A stretch of DNA of 63,753 nt, the filler included, from Rhabdomonas costata (taxonomy: Eukaryota): NCBI GenBank assembly GCA_019059605.1. It is 54 parts of 54 records of this genome, joined end to end, with 100 filler letters (N's around TTAATTAATTAA, not from the genome) between each part and the next. Parts side by side here need not be neighbours in the genome. Positions count along the whole stretch, not along the records: positions 50,854 to 51,935 come from JAHMHO010029537.1; positions 52,036 to 53,116 come from JAHMHO010029538.1; positions 53,217 to 54,297 come from JAHMHO010029539.1; positions 54,398 to 55,480 come from JAHMHO010029540.1; positions 55,581 to 56,662 come from JAHMHO010029541.1; positions 56,763 to 57,845 come from JAHMHO010029542.1; positions 57,946 to 59,027 come from JAHMHO010029543.1; positions 59,128 to 60,209 come from JAHMHO010029544.1; 46 more parts are not named here. One strand, given 5' to 3'. The notes beneath the pieces are model-generated. The model ran no database searches, was not told the origin of the DNA, and saw only the letters and a list, made by a program, of their open reading frames with translations. Both the position numbers and the translations under genes were made by a program. Below, piece by piece: positions 51,767 to 63,268 of this stretch. Positions within the stretch are counted from its first letter, which is position 1. Every line of letters begins with the position of its first letter.

Positions 51767-53778
51767 GGATCACGATGGTAAAACTGCGTCAATGGTATTG
51801 CATTCCCAATTCCTGTGCAAAGGAAACCTTAGAGATGTAGTTTTTCACCTAGTGTTTTACCATCTGTTGTAATACACTCACCCCCAATGCGTTGTTCGAA
51901 GCAGAAGAACGCATTGGGGGTGAGTGTATTACAACNNNNNNNNNNNNNNNNNNNNNNNNNNNNNNNNNNNNNNNNNNNNTTAATTAATTAANNNNNNNNN
52001 NNNNNNNNNNNNNNNNNNNNNNNNNNNNNNNNNNNGGGGGGGTGGTTTCTCATGTTCATGGGATGCCCGTTGACATAGGGCCAGGGCACTTACCGTCCAC
52101 CACAGCTGGGACGCAACAGCACAGAATGAAAGGATTCGCAACCCTCCAACGACTGGTCATCTTCAACACACTGCGTACATTATGCCGTCTAGCCCATATC
52201 CAAATCTATCAAATCAAACGCCAACAGCAAAGCCGTGGTTCTGCAGCAGAGCGCACAGTGAGAACTCGGAGAGGTCCACGAGTACAGCAAATGCACATAC
52301 ACACACTTTGGATAATGAGAAGTCTTCGTGCTCCGAGGAAAGCTCTAGCGCAGAGAGTGAGTGCCGGCGGTTGGCCGGTGTCACCAGCGAGGGCGCCGGC
52401 GTGACTTTCAGAGTGGGAACCTCCTTGCTCATCCTTCCGTCTTTGGGTGCGACTGGGGACGCGATTTCGAGGAAATGGGGGTTCAGATCCCAAATCCAAC
52501 AAAGAAAAGCAGTGGATATAAAAACTCTGAAACGAACACAGACCGGGGGAATGAAAATGCATTCAACAAAATGTAGACGAACCAAATGCACCTCCTGAAG
52601 GGAGGAACAATCGAAATGATGGCCCGAAGTGGATGGAATCCAACGAAGGACGGAAGTGATTATCCACACTTGCTCACCGCACCCATCCTCTTCTCACCGA
52701 CGAAAGAGGTCACACGCCAGGAGCTCCACCTGGCATCTCCTGGCAAAGTTTTGACGATCATACATCCTGCAACATCGCAGACTCTTCAAAATCTTCAACT
52801 TCGCTGGCTTTCCGTCCTGCAGTAGATTCAAATTAATTGTGGGGGCTGGCAGGATCTTTCAGCTCCCATTATGCTCCGTTTCCATTGCAATTGCATCTCG
52901 CGCGAACGAATGAACCGATGGACACCTCGCAAACTGCAGGTCAGTTGTCCACCAGTACCTTGAGATCGCTCGGATGAAAAACGACAAGGCAAAAACCTGG
53001 AAACCTGGAAAAAGAACCTCCCCCCCCCCCCCCCGCGCCCTGCAACTCCGCAGTGACCTGAAGCCAAGGAGGTATCAACGGGCAGCAAGCGAGAATCAAC
53101 GGGCAGCAAAAAGTCTNNNNNNNNNNNNNNNNNNNNNNNNNNNNNNNNNNNNNNNNNNNNTTAATTAATTAANNNNNNNNNNNNNNNNNNNNNNNNNNNN
53201 NNNNNNNNNNNNNNNNTGTTTGTGTTTTCTTTCTGATGGACGTTGTGGATAGAAATCGTGTCTGGATTCTTTTCTGTTCATGTTCACATTTTCGCAAGGT
53301 CCTTCTCGTTATTTTTGCTGTGGTGAAAGCAAAGGGAACCTTCACAAAGAGTGGTGTTTTTGTTTATCCGCCTCCGTTGAACGCCTCGAACCTTTTTATC
53401 TCACTGCTCTCAGTGCCGCTTTCGCTATTGCTATGGTTCAGGTGACCAGCATCAAGATGACATGACCGCGAGAGATGTTTCGCCCACTGCCTACCCGCCA
53501 CCGGCTGTTATTCAACGCCACTCATCCCGGAAGTTCTCTCCTGGTGTGTGTAGGTGTGGTTTTGCGTCCCTTCACATTGGGAGTGCACCATTCGGATGTT
53601 GGTACCGTTGTTCAGGTGGACCGTTTTCGTGCGTCGCCGGTATGCGTCGGGCCTGGTAATTGCAAGTTTATGTCCGTGGCCAAGCGAGCCCCGATTTTTA
53701 ATGTCTTGTTTGTCCGCGGTCTAGTGGCAAGTTTCCGAGCAGTGCGTCCGTTAAGTTCTTGTTAAAATTGCGTTTCAG

Positions 53779-53936
53779 CCTTGCCCTGCGGGGACTGCGG
53801 CCACGGCACGTGCAACGTCAGCTCGCTGAAGTGCGTGTGCAATCCCGACTGGGGCGGCCCGAGCTGTACCGAGCCCATTTACATTTGCATCAGCGGGCAG
53901 AGCCGTGTCCTGGCGAACAAATCTGGGACCATCCAG
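53779..53936 (+). CDS. Exon encoding an EGF-like domain and the probable start of a CUB-like domain
   Basis: LPCGDCGHGTCNVSSLKCVCNPDWGGPSCTEPIYICISGQSRVLANKSGTIQ has EGF C..HGxC...CxCxxxWxGxxC spacing. Confidence 0.8.
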
Positions 53937-55953
53937 GCACAAGCTCTTTCCGGCCTCCCACTTCTCCCCGTTCGCCGTTTGTATGTTCTGCGGGCTTGTT
54001 GCTTTCCACGTCGTTTCCCTCGCTCTGAGTTTTCTTTTGCTGGGCCTTTTCCCCCACGCATCCTGGGTGCATGGAAATCCAACATTTGACAAAACTCGAA
54101 ACAAAAAGAGGCTTAAAATGGACAATTATTCTGTATCTTGTTACCCCCTTCCCCCGCCGATCAGTGGTGGTCCCGAAAAAGTGCAGGGCCGGGAGGGACC
54201 ACCAATCCGATCCAACATACGGGGACAGGAGGGTCCAATTTTTGGTGAAAATGCCCTAAAATGGGGCAAACCCAAGCAAAAATGGGTCAGAAATGGGNNN
54301 NNNNNNNNNNNNNNNNNNNNNNNNNNNNNNNNNNNNNNNNNTTAATTAATTAANNNNNNNNNNNNNNNNNNNNNNNNNNNNNNNNNNNNNNNNNNNNGGT
54401 GTGGTTTTTTCGATATGCACAAGACTCTTCTTGGTGCTCATTCTCAGTACGCTCCCGCAAGCCGACACCCAGACAACGTTTTCCAAAATACTTTGAACAA
54501 CCAAGGTTTTGGCCCCCCTCCCCCCCTTATCAATGTTTGGTAAGACCGTTTTGCTAACCAACATTGAAAAATGAAGGGGGGAGGGGGGGGTTGTTCAATT
54601 ATGGAAAACGTTGTCTGAAAATGACTTTTTTTTGCAACGGCGGATTCCCAGAACCTAAACCTCCCGATTTTACCGCCCCCCACAGGGTGGTGACGCAGAC
54701 GCCTACGGCGTCGCTCCGCTCCGTGCTAAATTATGGCGGAAGCACACAAGTCAGGTTGAAAAGGGAGACAGGCATGGACCTAAATGGCCATTTTGCGCCC
54801 ATCAACACTGAAAGTGGTAAAAATCGACATTTGGGGGGTCTATCACAGACAGAATAGCCTAAAACAGCCTGAAAGAGCCTGAAATAAGACCTAAACCGAG
54901 AAACGAGGGTAAAGCGAACATTAAATTGATATAAACGGGAACAACCAGCCCTAATTCTTCACTGTATATTCGGGGCGTCTGCGGACATCTGGGGCCTTGG
55001 GCTGACCTGCGCGGTATGGTCATCTCATTACTCAGCGGTTTTAAGGGCTTCTGACGTTAGGGTTTGGCGGGTGGGAATGGTTACCGCTACGTGTTCCTTT
55101 GGCAACAAGCATACAATTTTAGCCCCCACTTTCCTGCCTTATGCGGCCGCTCTGGTTATCAAAACTCAGCCAAAGCGATGTTCTAGGCCAGCAAGCACCT
55201 GGGCTAGCCCCCAATACACGGTAAAAGAACCTGGGTGACGGTTCGCCTTTGCCGTGCTGACGCTCAATGTATTGCATTGAGGGAGATGAAGAAGTGGATT
55301 AGTGGTCATTGGGCTTTTGTCGTCGATGCTGTGGAGTTTTTTCCTGCTGTTGCTCGGTTTTACGTCCTGGGACAGTTCGACAGGTTGAAAACGCTTTTTG
55401 CGGGATATTTTCAACCTGTCGAACTGTCCCAGGACGTAAGACCGAGCAACAGCAGGAAAAAACTCCACAGCATCGACCACNNNNNNNNNNNNNNNNNNNN
55501 NNNNNNNNNNNNNNNNNNNNNNNNTTAATTAATTAANNNNNNNNNNNNNNNNNNNNNNNNNNNNNNNNNNNNNNNNNNNNTTGTTTGGGTTTCCGTGACT
55601 CAGCGCAGAAAAATCGAAACACATGGGGGATGGGGGGGGTCTGGAGGGGCAGACCTCAACCTCCCTTCGTTCTTCACCGTTTAACAATTATAAACAGTTT
55701 ACCTCTCCCTCCGCTCCATGTAAATACATCGCCCGCAGGTTTTTCAAGACCTCCTTGGCGCACTGAGAAGCACGGAGAAGGAATGTGGTACGTATTCACC
55801 AAACTGCCTGTGGGAGAGCCAGGTATCTGTACTGGAGGAAAGGCACCACTGCTGGAGTGGCGCGTCACTCACTGGAACGTGCCGGGAAACGCGCTGGGTA
55901 CCACACCAGTCATTTCAGGATTTCCCATATCCCCACCTCCCACATAGAAAGAC

Positions 55954-56662
55954 CTGAGCCCTTGCAAACTCAAAGATCTCCTTCACAAGGGCAAGCGCCT
56001 TGCCGTGGGCGTCGACATCCGTGCACCCCGAGCCCACATGGAAGGAGCATCCGATGAGATTGGCCTTGCAGCGCTGGCAGGCCCGCACCAGACGCTTGCC
56101 CTCCGCCACACTGGCGCCAAACTTGGCCGAGAAGGGCAGTGCGCTGTGACTAAAGTTGCAGGTTGAGTAGACATACATCGTATTTCCAATCACAGGGAAG
56201 CGAGATTGCATCTTGTCAGCCATTGTTAGGCATAAGGTACCCCTTCCCACAAAGCCCAAATGCACTATAGCATTGTTCAACGTCGCGCAGGTTGTCGACC
56301 TGTTGTGGTTGTGCCTTATTGTGATTTTGAGGATTTCTCGCCATCCTTTGCAACCCCAAAAATTGCCCAACCTTGCGTCCAAAGAAAAGAAAACAACAAC
56401 ATTGTACCGCGCTTTCGAAGCGAGTCATTTATTTACTAACGCCTCTTACCCATACATTTTTCTTCTCATAATCGAAAACAGAAGTCATGGCAACCTGTCC
56501 TCCACAGCCAACCGGAGCACCAGCTGGGCCTGGGGGTCCTCGCGGATGATTTTCTCCACCTCATCCTCGTTGTCGAAGGTCATGCGGTGCACGCCAAGCT
56601 CGCCCGCTTTGCGGATGTACGCCGGAGTCTTGCACGGATTGGCGTAAATGATCCGCGAGGGG
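55954..56662 (-). CDS. ODC: Ornithine decarboxylase fragment; exons 56662-56495 and 56149-55954; GT-AG intron 56494-56150
   Basis: RIIYANPCK...MTFDNEDEVEKI...LVLRLAVED|SHSALPFSAKFGA...IGCSFHVGSGC are diagnostic eukaryotic ODC motifs. Confidence 0.93.
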
Positions 56663-57079
56663 NNNNNNNNNNNNNNNNNNNNNNNNNNNNNNNNNNNNNN
56701 NNNNNNTTAATTAATTAANNNNNNNNNNNNNNNNNNNNNNNNNNNNNNNNNNNNNNNNNNNNGGTGTGTGTGTCAGTTGCCAGTGATAAGCCAATGGATT
56801 CGGATACCATGGTTTTCTCAGATGTATGACGTGACATCCTCCAACTACCCTCGGCAGCTGCCTTCTCTTTCTTTCCAATTTCCTTGCGCAGTTTTCCTCA
56901 AGGAGCGCGAACGCGGACCAAACCGTAAAAGTCACCGAAAGAACGAATGCGCCGTTTTTTAAGCATTCCCGGCCCCGTCAGGAGGAAAGCTCTCACGGGT
57001 GATTGCTTTTAACGCGGTTCGCAGCTCCGCTTGGTGGGTTACCGGTGTCGCAAGGCATCTATGCTTGCCATCGGGGCTG

Positions 57080-57108
57080 CCTAACCCTAACCCTAACCCT
57101 AACCCTAA
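57080..57108. repeat. Interstitial telomere-type (CCCTAA)~5 repeat
   Basis: cctaaccctaaccctaaccctaaccctaa, internal to the contig. Confidence 0.9.
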
Positions 57109-57244
57109 ACCCATGCAGCTCCTTTGGAATCCTCCTGTTTTTGTTCCCTCTTCCTTTCCATGCGCAGTTTTGCTTTCTTTGGCTTTTTTGCGCCTGCCGC
57201 TACCGCCACCACATCTTGCCTACCAACTCTCCTTAGCGGCAGCG

Positions 57245-57403
57245 ATGGGGAGCAACAGCAAGACGCTGAAAATGAAGCTGAAGCGGGCGAAGAAGATGAA
57301 CCAGAACCGCCCGCTGCCGTACTGGAAGCGGCTGATGTACAAGAGCAAGCAGCGCTACAACGAGAAGCGCCGCCACTGGCGCCGCACCAAGCTGCGCTTC
57401 TAA
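57245..57403 (+). CDS. RPL39: 60S ribosomal protein eL39, complete and intronless (52 aa)
   Basis: MGSNSKTLKMKLKRAKKMNQNRPLPYWKRLMYKSKQRYNEKRRHWRRTKLRF carries the NxKRRHWRRTKL signature; extreme GC3 bias. Confidence 0.97.
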   Translation: MGSNSKTLKMKLKRAKKMNQNRPLPYWKRLMYKSKQRYNEKRRHWRRTKLRF

Positions 57404-58132
57404 GCCGGCGAAGGTGTTTTGTGTGCTTTGCTGTTGGGAAGTCGTAGGGAGTGCTCAGGCTCAGAGCAGAGCTTTTGGTACAAGCTGTGCCTTGTCCAGA
57501 ATGTCGGAGTATTATACTGCCTCGATAATTATCTTCAGAATGGTGTTGGGTCTGAAAAATCTGAAAAAAATTGTTATGCAGGTCGGCTGCTTCGGTATCA
57601 GCACTCTGTGGAAGCGCATTGTCGCCTTGTTCCAAAGCGATGCAATTTGACGTATTCTGTCGTGGGTCACCGGTAACGTCTCACGCTGGTCGTTGAATCC
57701 TGTGATTGCAAGCGATCGTCTTTTCACGAGCAGAACGTCAAAGTGGGCCGCTGGTGGGTTTACGTCCAATGAAGGTTTTTTTGGGGGGTTACTAGTAGTA
57801 GAAAACTGGCTTAAAAAACCTTCATTGGACGTAAACCCACCACACNNNNNNNNNNNNNNNNNNNNNNNNNNNNNNNNNNNNNNNNNNNNTTAATTAATTA
57901 ANNNNNNNNNNNNNNNNNNNNNNNNNNNNNNNNNNNNNNNNNNNNGTGGGGTTGTTACGAGCCTGAGAGTTGAGGAAAGTCCGAAGATTTTTTGATTTTT
58001 GTTTGAAGAAGTACAAATTACGCAAAAAAAAAACGCAAATTACCGTGGCTCGCTCGCAGCGTTTGGATGCTCCTGTGTGAGCCTCTAAGAGGGCTGTGTT
58101 TCTCTGTCTCTCACTGTTGCCGGTCTTTGCAG

Positions 58133-58987
58133 GTGGTGTGTATTGTGCCCCAAGGGCAGCTGTGGGTTGTGGAGAGGTTCGGGAAGTTCTCCCGCACCCT
58201 CTCCCCGGGGCTGTGGTTTCTGGTGCCCTTCGTGGACAGGTGCCCGAGGCGCCGATTTCTTCTCTTCGCATTTCTTCGTGCTGCCTTTGCGATTGCGCAA
58301 GGTGAGGAACAGTCCCATTGATATTTTTTCGGCTTTCGTGTTTATGGCCCAAAGCATTCAGGTTCAGAATTTTCGGGCTTACGGTGTGGGGTGCTTCGGA
58401 AACACATTGAGGCGTGCTTCCCGTTTGTCGATGAGCGACCGTGTGAGCGAGAACCACGCACTCTCGTTCATTCGAAAAGGCAAGAACAGCAGAGCAGAAG
58501 TGGTCGCGAATTACGAAGGGTCTCCGCCCCACCACCCTTGCCCCGTGACCACTGACACGCAGGATAGGCTACGTGCACAGCAGCAAGGAGAGCGCCTTCT
58601 CGATTCCAAACCAGTCCGCGATCACAAAGGACAACGGTATTTTTCCGAGCCCTTCCCCAATCGCGTCACCCCCTTACCGTTTCGTTCCTGCGCAAGTTTA
58701 TGCTGGAACATTGCGCGGCTTCAATGCTCCGATGCGTTTGCCTTCCCGCCCCTTTGTGCATTTCTGCCTGACGTGTGCGCTTTAGAGCATTTCTGATCTT
58801 TATTCCCTTTACGTCGAACACTTCAGCTTATTCTCTACTGTTCGCTTTGAACACGCCCCGCATCACAAGGGAGTTCCGCAATGACACACAGTGAGCGTTT
58901 TTGTTTTGGATTTCCTTCCTGCAGTCATTGTGGAGATTGACGGCGTGATGTTTATGAAGATCGTCGACGCGGTTAAGGCCTCCTACA
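58133..58987 (+). CDS. Stomatin-like (SPFH/band 7, SLP-2 type) protein fragment; exons 58133-58239, 58563-58636 and 58925-58987
   Basis: Spliced [78 protein letters not shown]; all junctions GT-AG and in frame. Confidence 0.93.
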
Positions 58988-59954
58988 GTGTGTATTTGTG
59001 GGGGAGGGACTTCATAAACACAACCCCNNNNNNNNNNNNNNNNNNNNNNNNNNNNNNNNNNNNNNNNNNNNTTAATTAATTAANNNNNNNNNNNNNNNNN
59101 NNNNNNNNNNNNNNNNNNNNNNNNNNNGGGTTGTTGGTGGTTTTGGATGTGTGGTGTTCGTATTGATGAAGGTGTACACTTGTGATGATTGTCTTTTTCG
59201 CTCTGTGTGTGGGGGTGGGGTGCGGGACGGTCGTTTTTCTCAGATCTGCTGCGGACCTGTGCCCCGTGCCTTGCATGAAGTTCCCCACCCCTTCACATCG
59301 CCCTGCCACAAACTCGAGCCCCACCCATCAGCAGACCGCCTGCCAGAAAGTGCGCGTGTGTGGGTCGTATAAGCCAGGCTGGGCGAAGCACAGAAACGCG
59401 TAGCTCCGTTTTGCTTTGGTCAAATTCCCCAATGAGGCTTCCTATCGACCTTTGCCCTACAATGCGAGGGTGATCCGGACCCCAAAGCAGCCAAAGAGAA
59501 GTAGAAATCTCGAATCCCACTGGAGGTGGACCTCCTCATGCAGTGGGTGCTTGTGTGTGGATGTTTCCGCTACTGACGGCTACTTTTTTAAATAGGAATA
59601 TGGGCCCATGGTCCCCACGCTTCCCGTGGTCCCTGGGTGAGAAGGGGTGAAGAGGACTTGGACTGTTAACCGTGAAAACCGACCTTGCTCACAATTTCTC
59701 AGGTATCAGGTTGTTGACTTAGATCCAAAGCCTCTCCAATAGACCTTTGTGCTCCTCAATGGCGACGGTACCGTTGACGCGGTTACTCTGCCCTTATGCT
59801 GCACCTTTCTGGTTTGGCGAATCGGATGAGTCTTGTGGCCGGATGCAAGATTTTGGGAATCGCTACACAAAGTGTTTGTATAAGTCTCCGGCGGTTCAGT
59901 GGTGTGGGTGTGAGTGGATGGGGCTGGAGGGGTGCCGTTCTTGGGTGGCTTCAG

Positions 59955-60084
59955 GATGCCGCAGCCCACTCGCAGCTGCTGGCCTTTGCGTGGCAGCACC
60001 TCAGCGTGGCCCAGGCCCGCCTGGGCCACCCCAGCGCCGACGAGAGCCTGGCCTTCGCTGCGGACCTCGCCCACCGCACCCTGG
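59955..60084 (+). CDS. Internal exon, helical/TPR-like unknown protein
   Basis: TTCAG acceptor; GC3-rich DAAAHSQLLAFAWQHLSVAQARLGHPSADESLAFAADLAHRTL; GT donor. Confidence 0.55.
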
Positions 60085-62068
60085 GTTGTCCCCCCCTTCA
60101 CCTCGATTATGTGTGATGTACTGTGAAAGCTTCTTGTGTGTATGCGAATGACGGCCAAGGAAGGCGATGTCCCGATGCCTCCTTGGCCGTCATTCGCATA
60201 CACCAACAANNNNNNNNNNNNNNNNNNNNNNNNNNNNNNNNNNNNNNNNNNNNTTAATTAATTAANNNNNNNNNNNNNNNNNNNNNNNNNNNNNNNNNNN
60301 NNNNNNNNNGGGTGTTGGGGTGGGGGGGAAGCAACAAACACAAAAATACGCAGCAAAGACAAAAATAAACACGAAGAATAGGAGACTTATCCAGCGAAGG
60401 AGGGGACGTCGTGAGGAAAGGGGAATGTGCACAGGGCATTGATGGGAGCAACGTTCAAAACCCAATACGGAACCTGTGGGATGGCATAGCACCGGGCGCT
60501 ATTCTTCGGTCCGGTCCGGTACGCCGAACAGCAATGTGAAACAAAAGAAGGTAAAGGACTGTACATGAGCGCCTTCCACCCATACCACTCACTCACTCAC
60601 AACCCATAACCCGCAGTGACGAGCCAGCGTGAACTGCACACCAGGTCGCACACAACAAAGCGGACAAGATTGAAAATGATGGTTTCGTCTCCGATAAATC
60701 TTTCTGGACTACCGAATGCGGTAATGCCTTACTCTGCCAATTGCGGTGAAATGTTACTCATCCCCACATAAATCTACTCCCATCATCTCCCATACCCATG
60801 ATGTCACCCGTCAATCGGGGACATTAGACGGAGGGAAGTGGCACACGAGAAACTCGAACAGTGCACCAGTGCGATGAAAAAAAGGTGAAGAAGCCCGGGG
60901 AAGCCGGGACTTCTTTCTGCAAATTGCTGTACATTGTCCGTGGGGAAAACCCGGAAAAATCAGAGAGGAGAGTCGGGAGATGAGGAGAAGGGTCAGAAGC
61001 CCAGGGGACGGAGAGCTCTGAGGCTGGATGAGAACGGCAACAGCGGTTGCAAATGTCGTTCAGCAAGGAAATCAAAAAAAACCCCTTCACATCGCTTTTC
61101 ATGGACACGGTCGGCAGCATAACCGTCCACAGAACCCTAAATGGCAAACAGCGAAAAAGACACCCCTTTACCCACACCAAGAAACACATAGGCTGCAAGA
61201 CGGCAACTTGCACTACGGAAAGCATGCACAAGAACCCGCGAAGTGAAAGACACCCATGGGGCAACAAAACCAAACCCTTGCTTGGCTTAATAACAAGAGT
61301 ATTCCACCCAAAATCTAGAAAGTCTAGGAGAGTGAAAGAGAGAATAAGAGAAATGGTGACAGCGCTGGAGACTTGAACTGAACAAGCTCAANNNNNNNNN
61401 NNNNNNNNNNNNNNNNNNNNNNNNNNNNNNNNNNNTTAATTAATTAANNNNNNNNNNNNNNNNNNNNNNNNNNNNNNNNNNNNNNNNNNNNGGTTTTGTG
61501 TGTGCTGCGGTGTGTGTGTGTGTGTGTGTGTATGTGTCCCACAGCTCGGTTCAGCACGAGAGAAGTGGAGCATGGGAGACCAGAGAGGGAGTGAGGGAGT
61601 AGGGCGGAGGGCGAAGAGAAGTCCAGTCAAGCAGAGATTGGAGAGAAGTAAGGTCCCGTCACGTGGGCTAAACCGACATGACAGGGGAGAGAGTGTGAGG
61701 CCCGATGGGCCCACACCCCACCGAAAGGTGGGAGCCCAGGTCGGAAATGGACCTCGAGTCCTCCCACACACACACACACCGCAGCACTCCGCAGTGGTGC
61801 AGAGGGCAGCCGCGCACAGCACGGAAGTGTTGGGGACAGGAGCGAAGTGAGAGGGACACGTAAGCGTGGAGTTGAGCTGCTCGCTGCACTTCGGCGCTGT
61901 GAGAAAGTGAACCTAAGCACAACAACACCATGCTTCCACAACGGGCCCTGCTCACAGAAGCACAGCAGAGAAGACAATAGATTGCCGAACTATATGACGC
62001 TCAACATGGACACGGGGAAAACGAGTTCACCCAGCCCAGGTGCTAAATTTCAACAATAAGAGACGTAC

Positions 62069-62343
62069 TCTTTGCTGATCTCCGGAAGGACGCCCAGGTG
62101 GAGGAGACCACCTGCAGGTGCGGTGGCATATTATGGATCAGGAGCAAGGAGAGATGTATAGAGGTTGCATTGATTGGTGGTGGTGGTGGTGGTGGTGGTG
62201 AGGACAACGGTCACCTGGCTGGCAGCATTCCGTGGTGTTGCACTGCTGTGGGACGGCGCAGGTGATCTGGGGCTGGTTGGACCTCAGCACGTAAGTCGAG
62301 GGGCAGCTCAGCGCCGATTGCTCCGCGCAGGTCGTCGCATCCA
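62069..62343 (-). CDS. Cys-rich extracellular module exon (62343-62215) plus probable next exon (62111-62069)
   Basis: DATTCAEQSALSCPSTYVLRSNQPQITCAVPQQCNTTECCQP|GGLLHLGVLPEISK; GT-AG intron containing (CAC)n; phases are compatible. Confidence 0.6.
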
Positions 62344-63079
62344 CTGCACAGATGTAACGTTGAGCGACGATCGTTAATAAACTGCCAAGACAGTATACAG
62401 CTGATAACTGATTCAAATGGGTGTACACCAGAATCGGATAACGAATGTAGCTGACGAAAGAATAATTCCCAACCTCACCCATCGAAGACTCTCCACCCTA
62501 AGCCGACACCCCGAGCCATTCAGCTGAAGAGGCAAACGAACCAGACCAGCATTATGTCCCAACCTAAACCCNNNNNNNNNNNNNNNNNNNNNNNNNNNNN
62601 NNNNNNNNNNNNNNNTTAATTAATTAANNNNNNNNNNNNNNNNNNNNNNNNNNNNNNNNNNNNNNNNNNNNCCCCCCCGCAAACACATGCACAATGGTGG
62701 CGAAACGGATGCTTGCCTTCGCTCAGAAAAATGGGACCCATTCTTTGTCCAGTGGAAGTTGACTTCACAGGGCAGAAGGAGTTTAGGTTCGGAGCTAGAA
62801 GGGCTTCAACCCTATAAACCACCCGCCCCAGTCATGGATAATCGGAATCTCAGTGGAAACACGCATTCCCATAACACTGCCTGCCCATAGTTTATGGGAT
62901 TCCCAGCGCAATGTTACTGCACACTTGGGAAGTTTCTTTTTTTGGGTGGACCCTTCCTGGCGCCGATCCGGCCTTCAGATGGAGCTCAATAGAGTTAAAT
63001 ATCACCGAACAGTTGCGTTCATGTGCATCGTCCCTGTTTTGACACTTCCCTTCCTGCTTGCCTCTCTCTACTTCCACAC

Positions 63080-63268
63080 CCTCGAGAAAGCATTTCCGCT
63101 CGACGACTCAGCTCCGCCCGCAAGGCCTGCACCTCCGCAGTGAGCTGCTCCCGCTCCGCGCTCTCCGTGGAGGCATTGTGCAAGAGCTTGTGCTCCAGCT
63201 GCATGTTGGTCTCGCGCAGCCTAGCGGCCGCCCCACGGACCTCCTCCAGCTCCTCCGTCAGGCCTTTC
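63080..63268 (-). CDS. Internal exon of a coiled-coil protein
   Basis: KGLTEELEEVRGAAARLRETNMQLEHKLLHNASTESAEREQLTAEVQALRAELSRRAEMLSR shows a heptad pattern; CAG/GT boundaries. Confidence 0.65.

Noticed and set aside
56150-56494. Base-pairing of ODC intron ends (GTTGC/GCAAC) as a euglenid nonconventional or intermediate intron
   Set aside because: Only 5-6 bp of complementarity, the ends are canonical GT-AG, and other introns here show no such pairing; no nonconventional intron was demonstrable.
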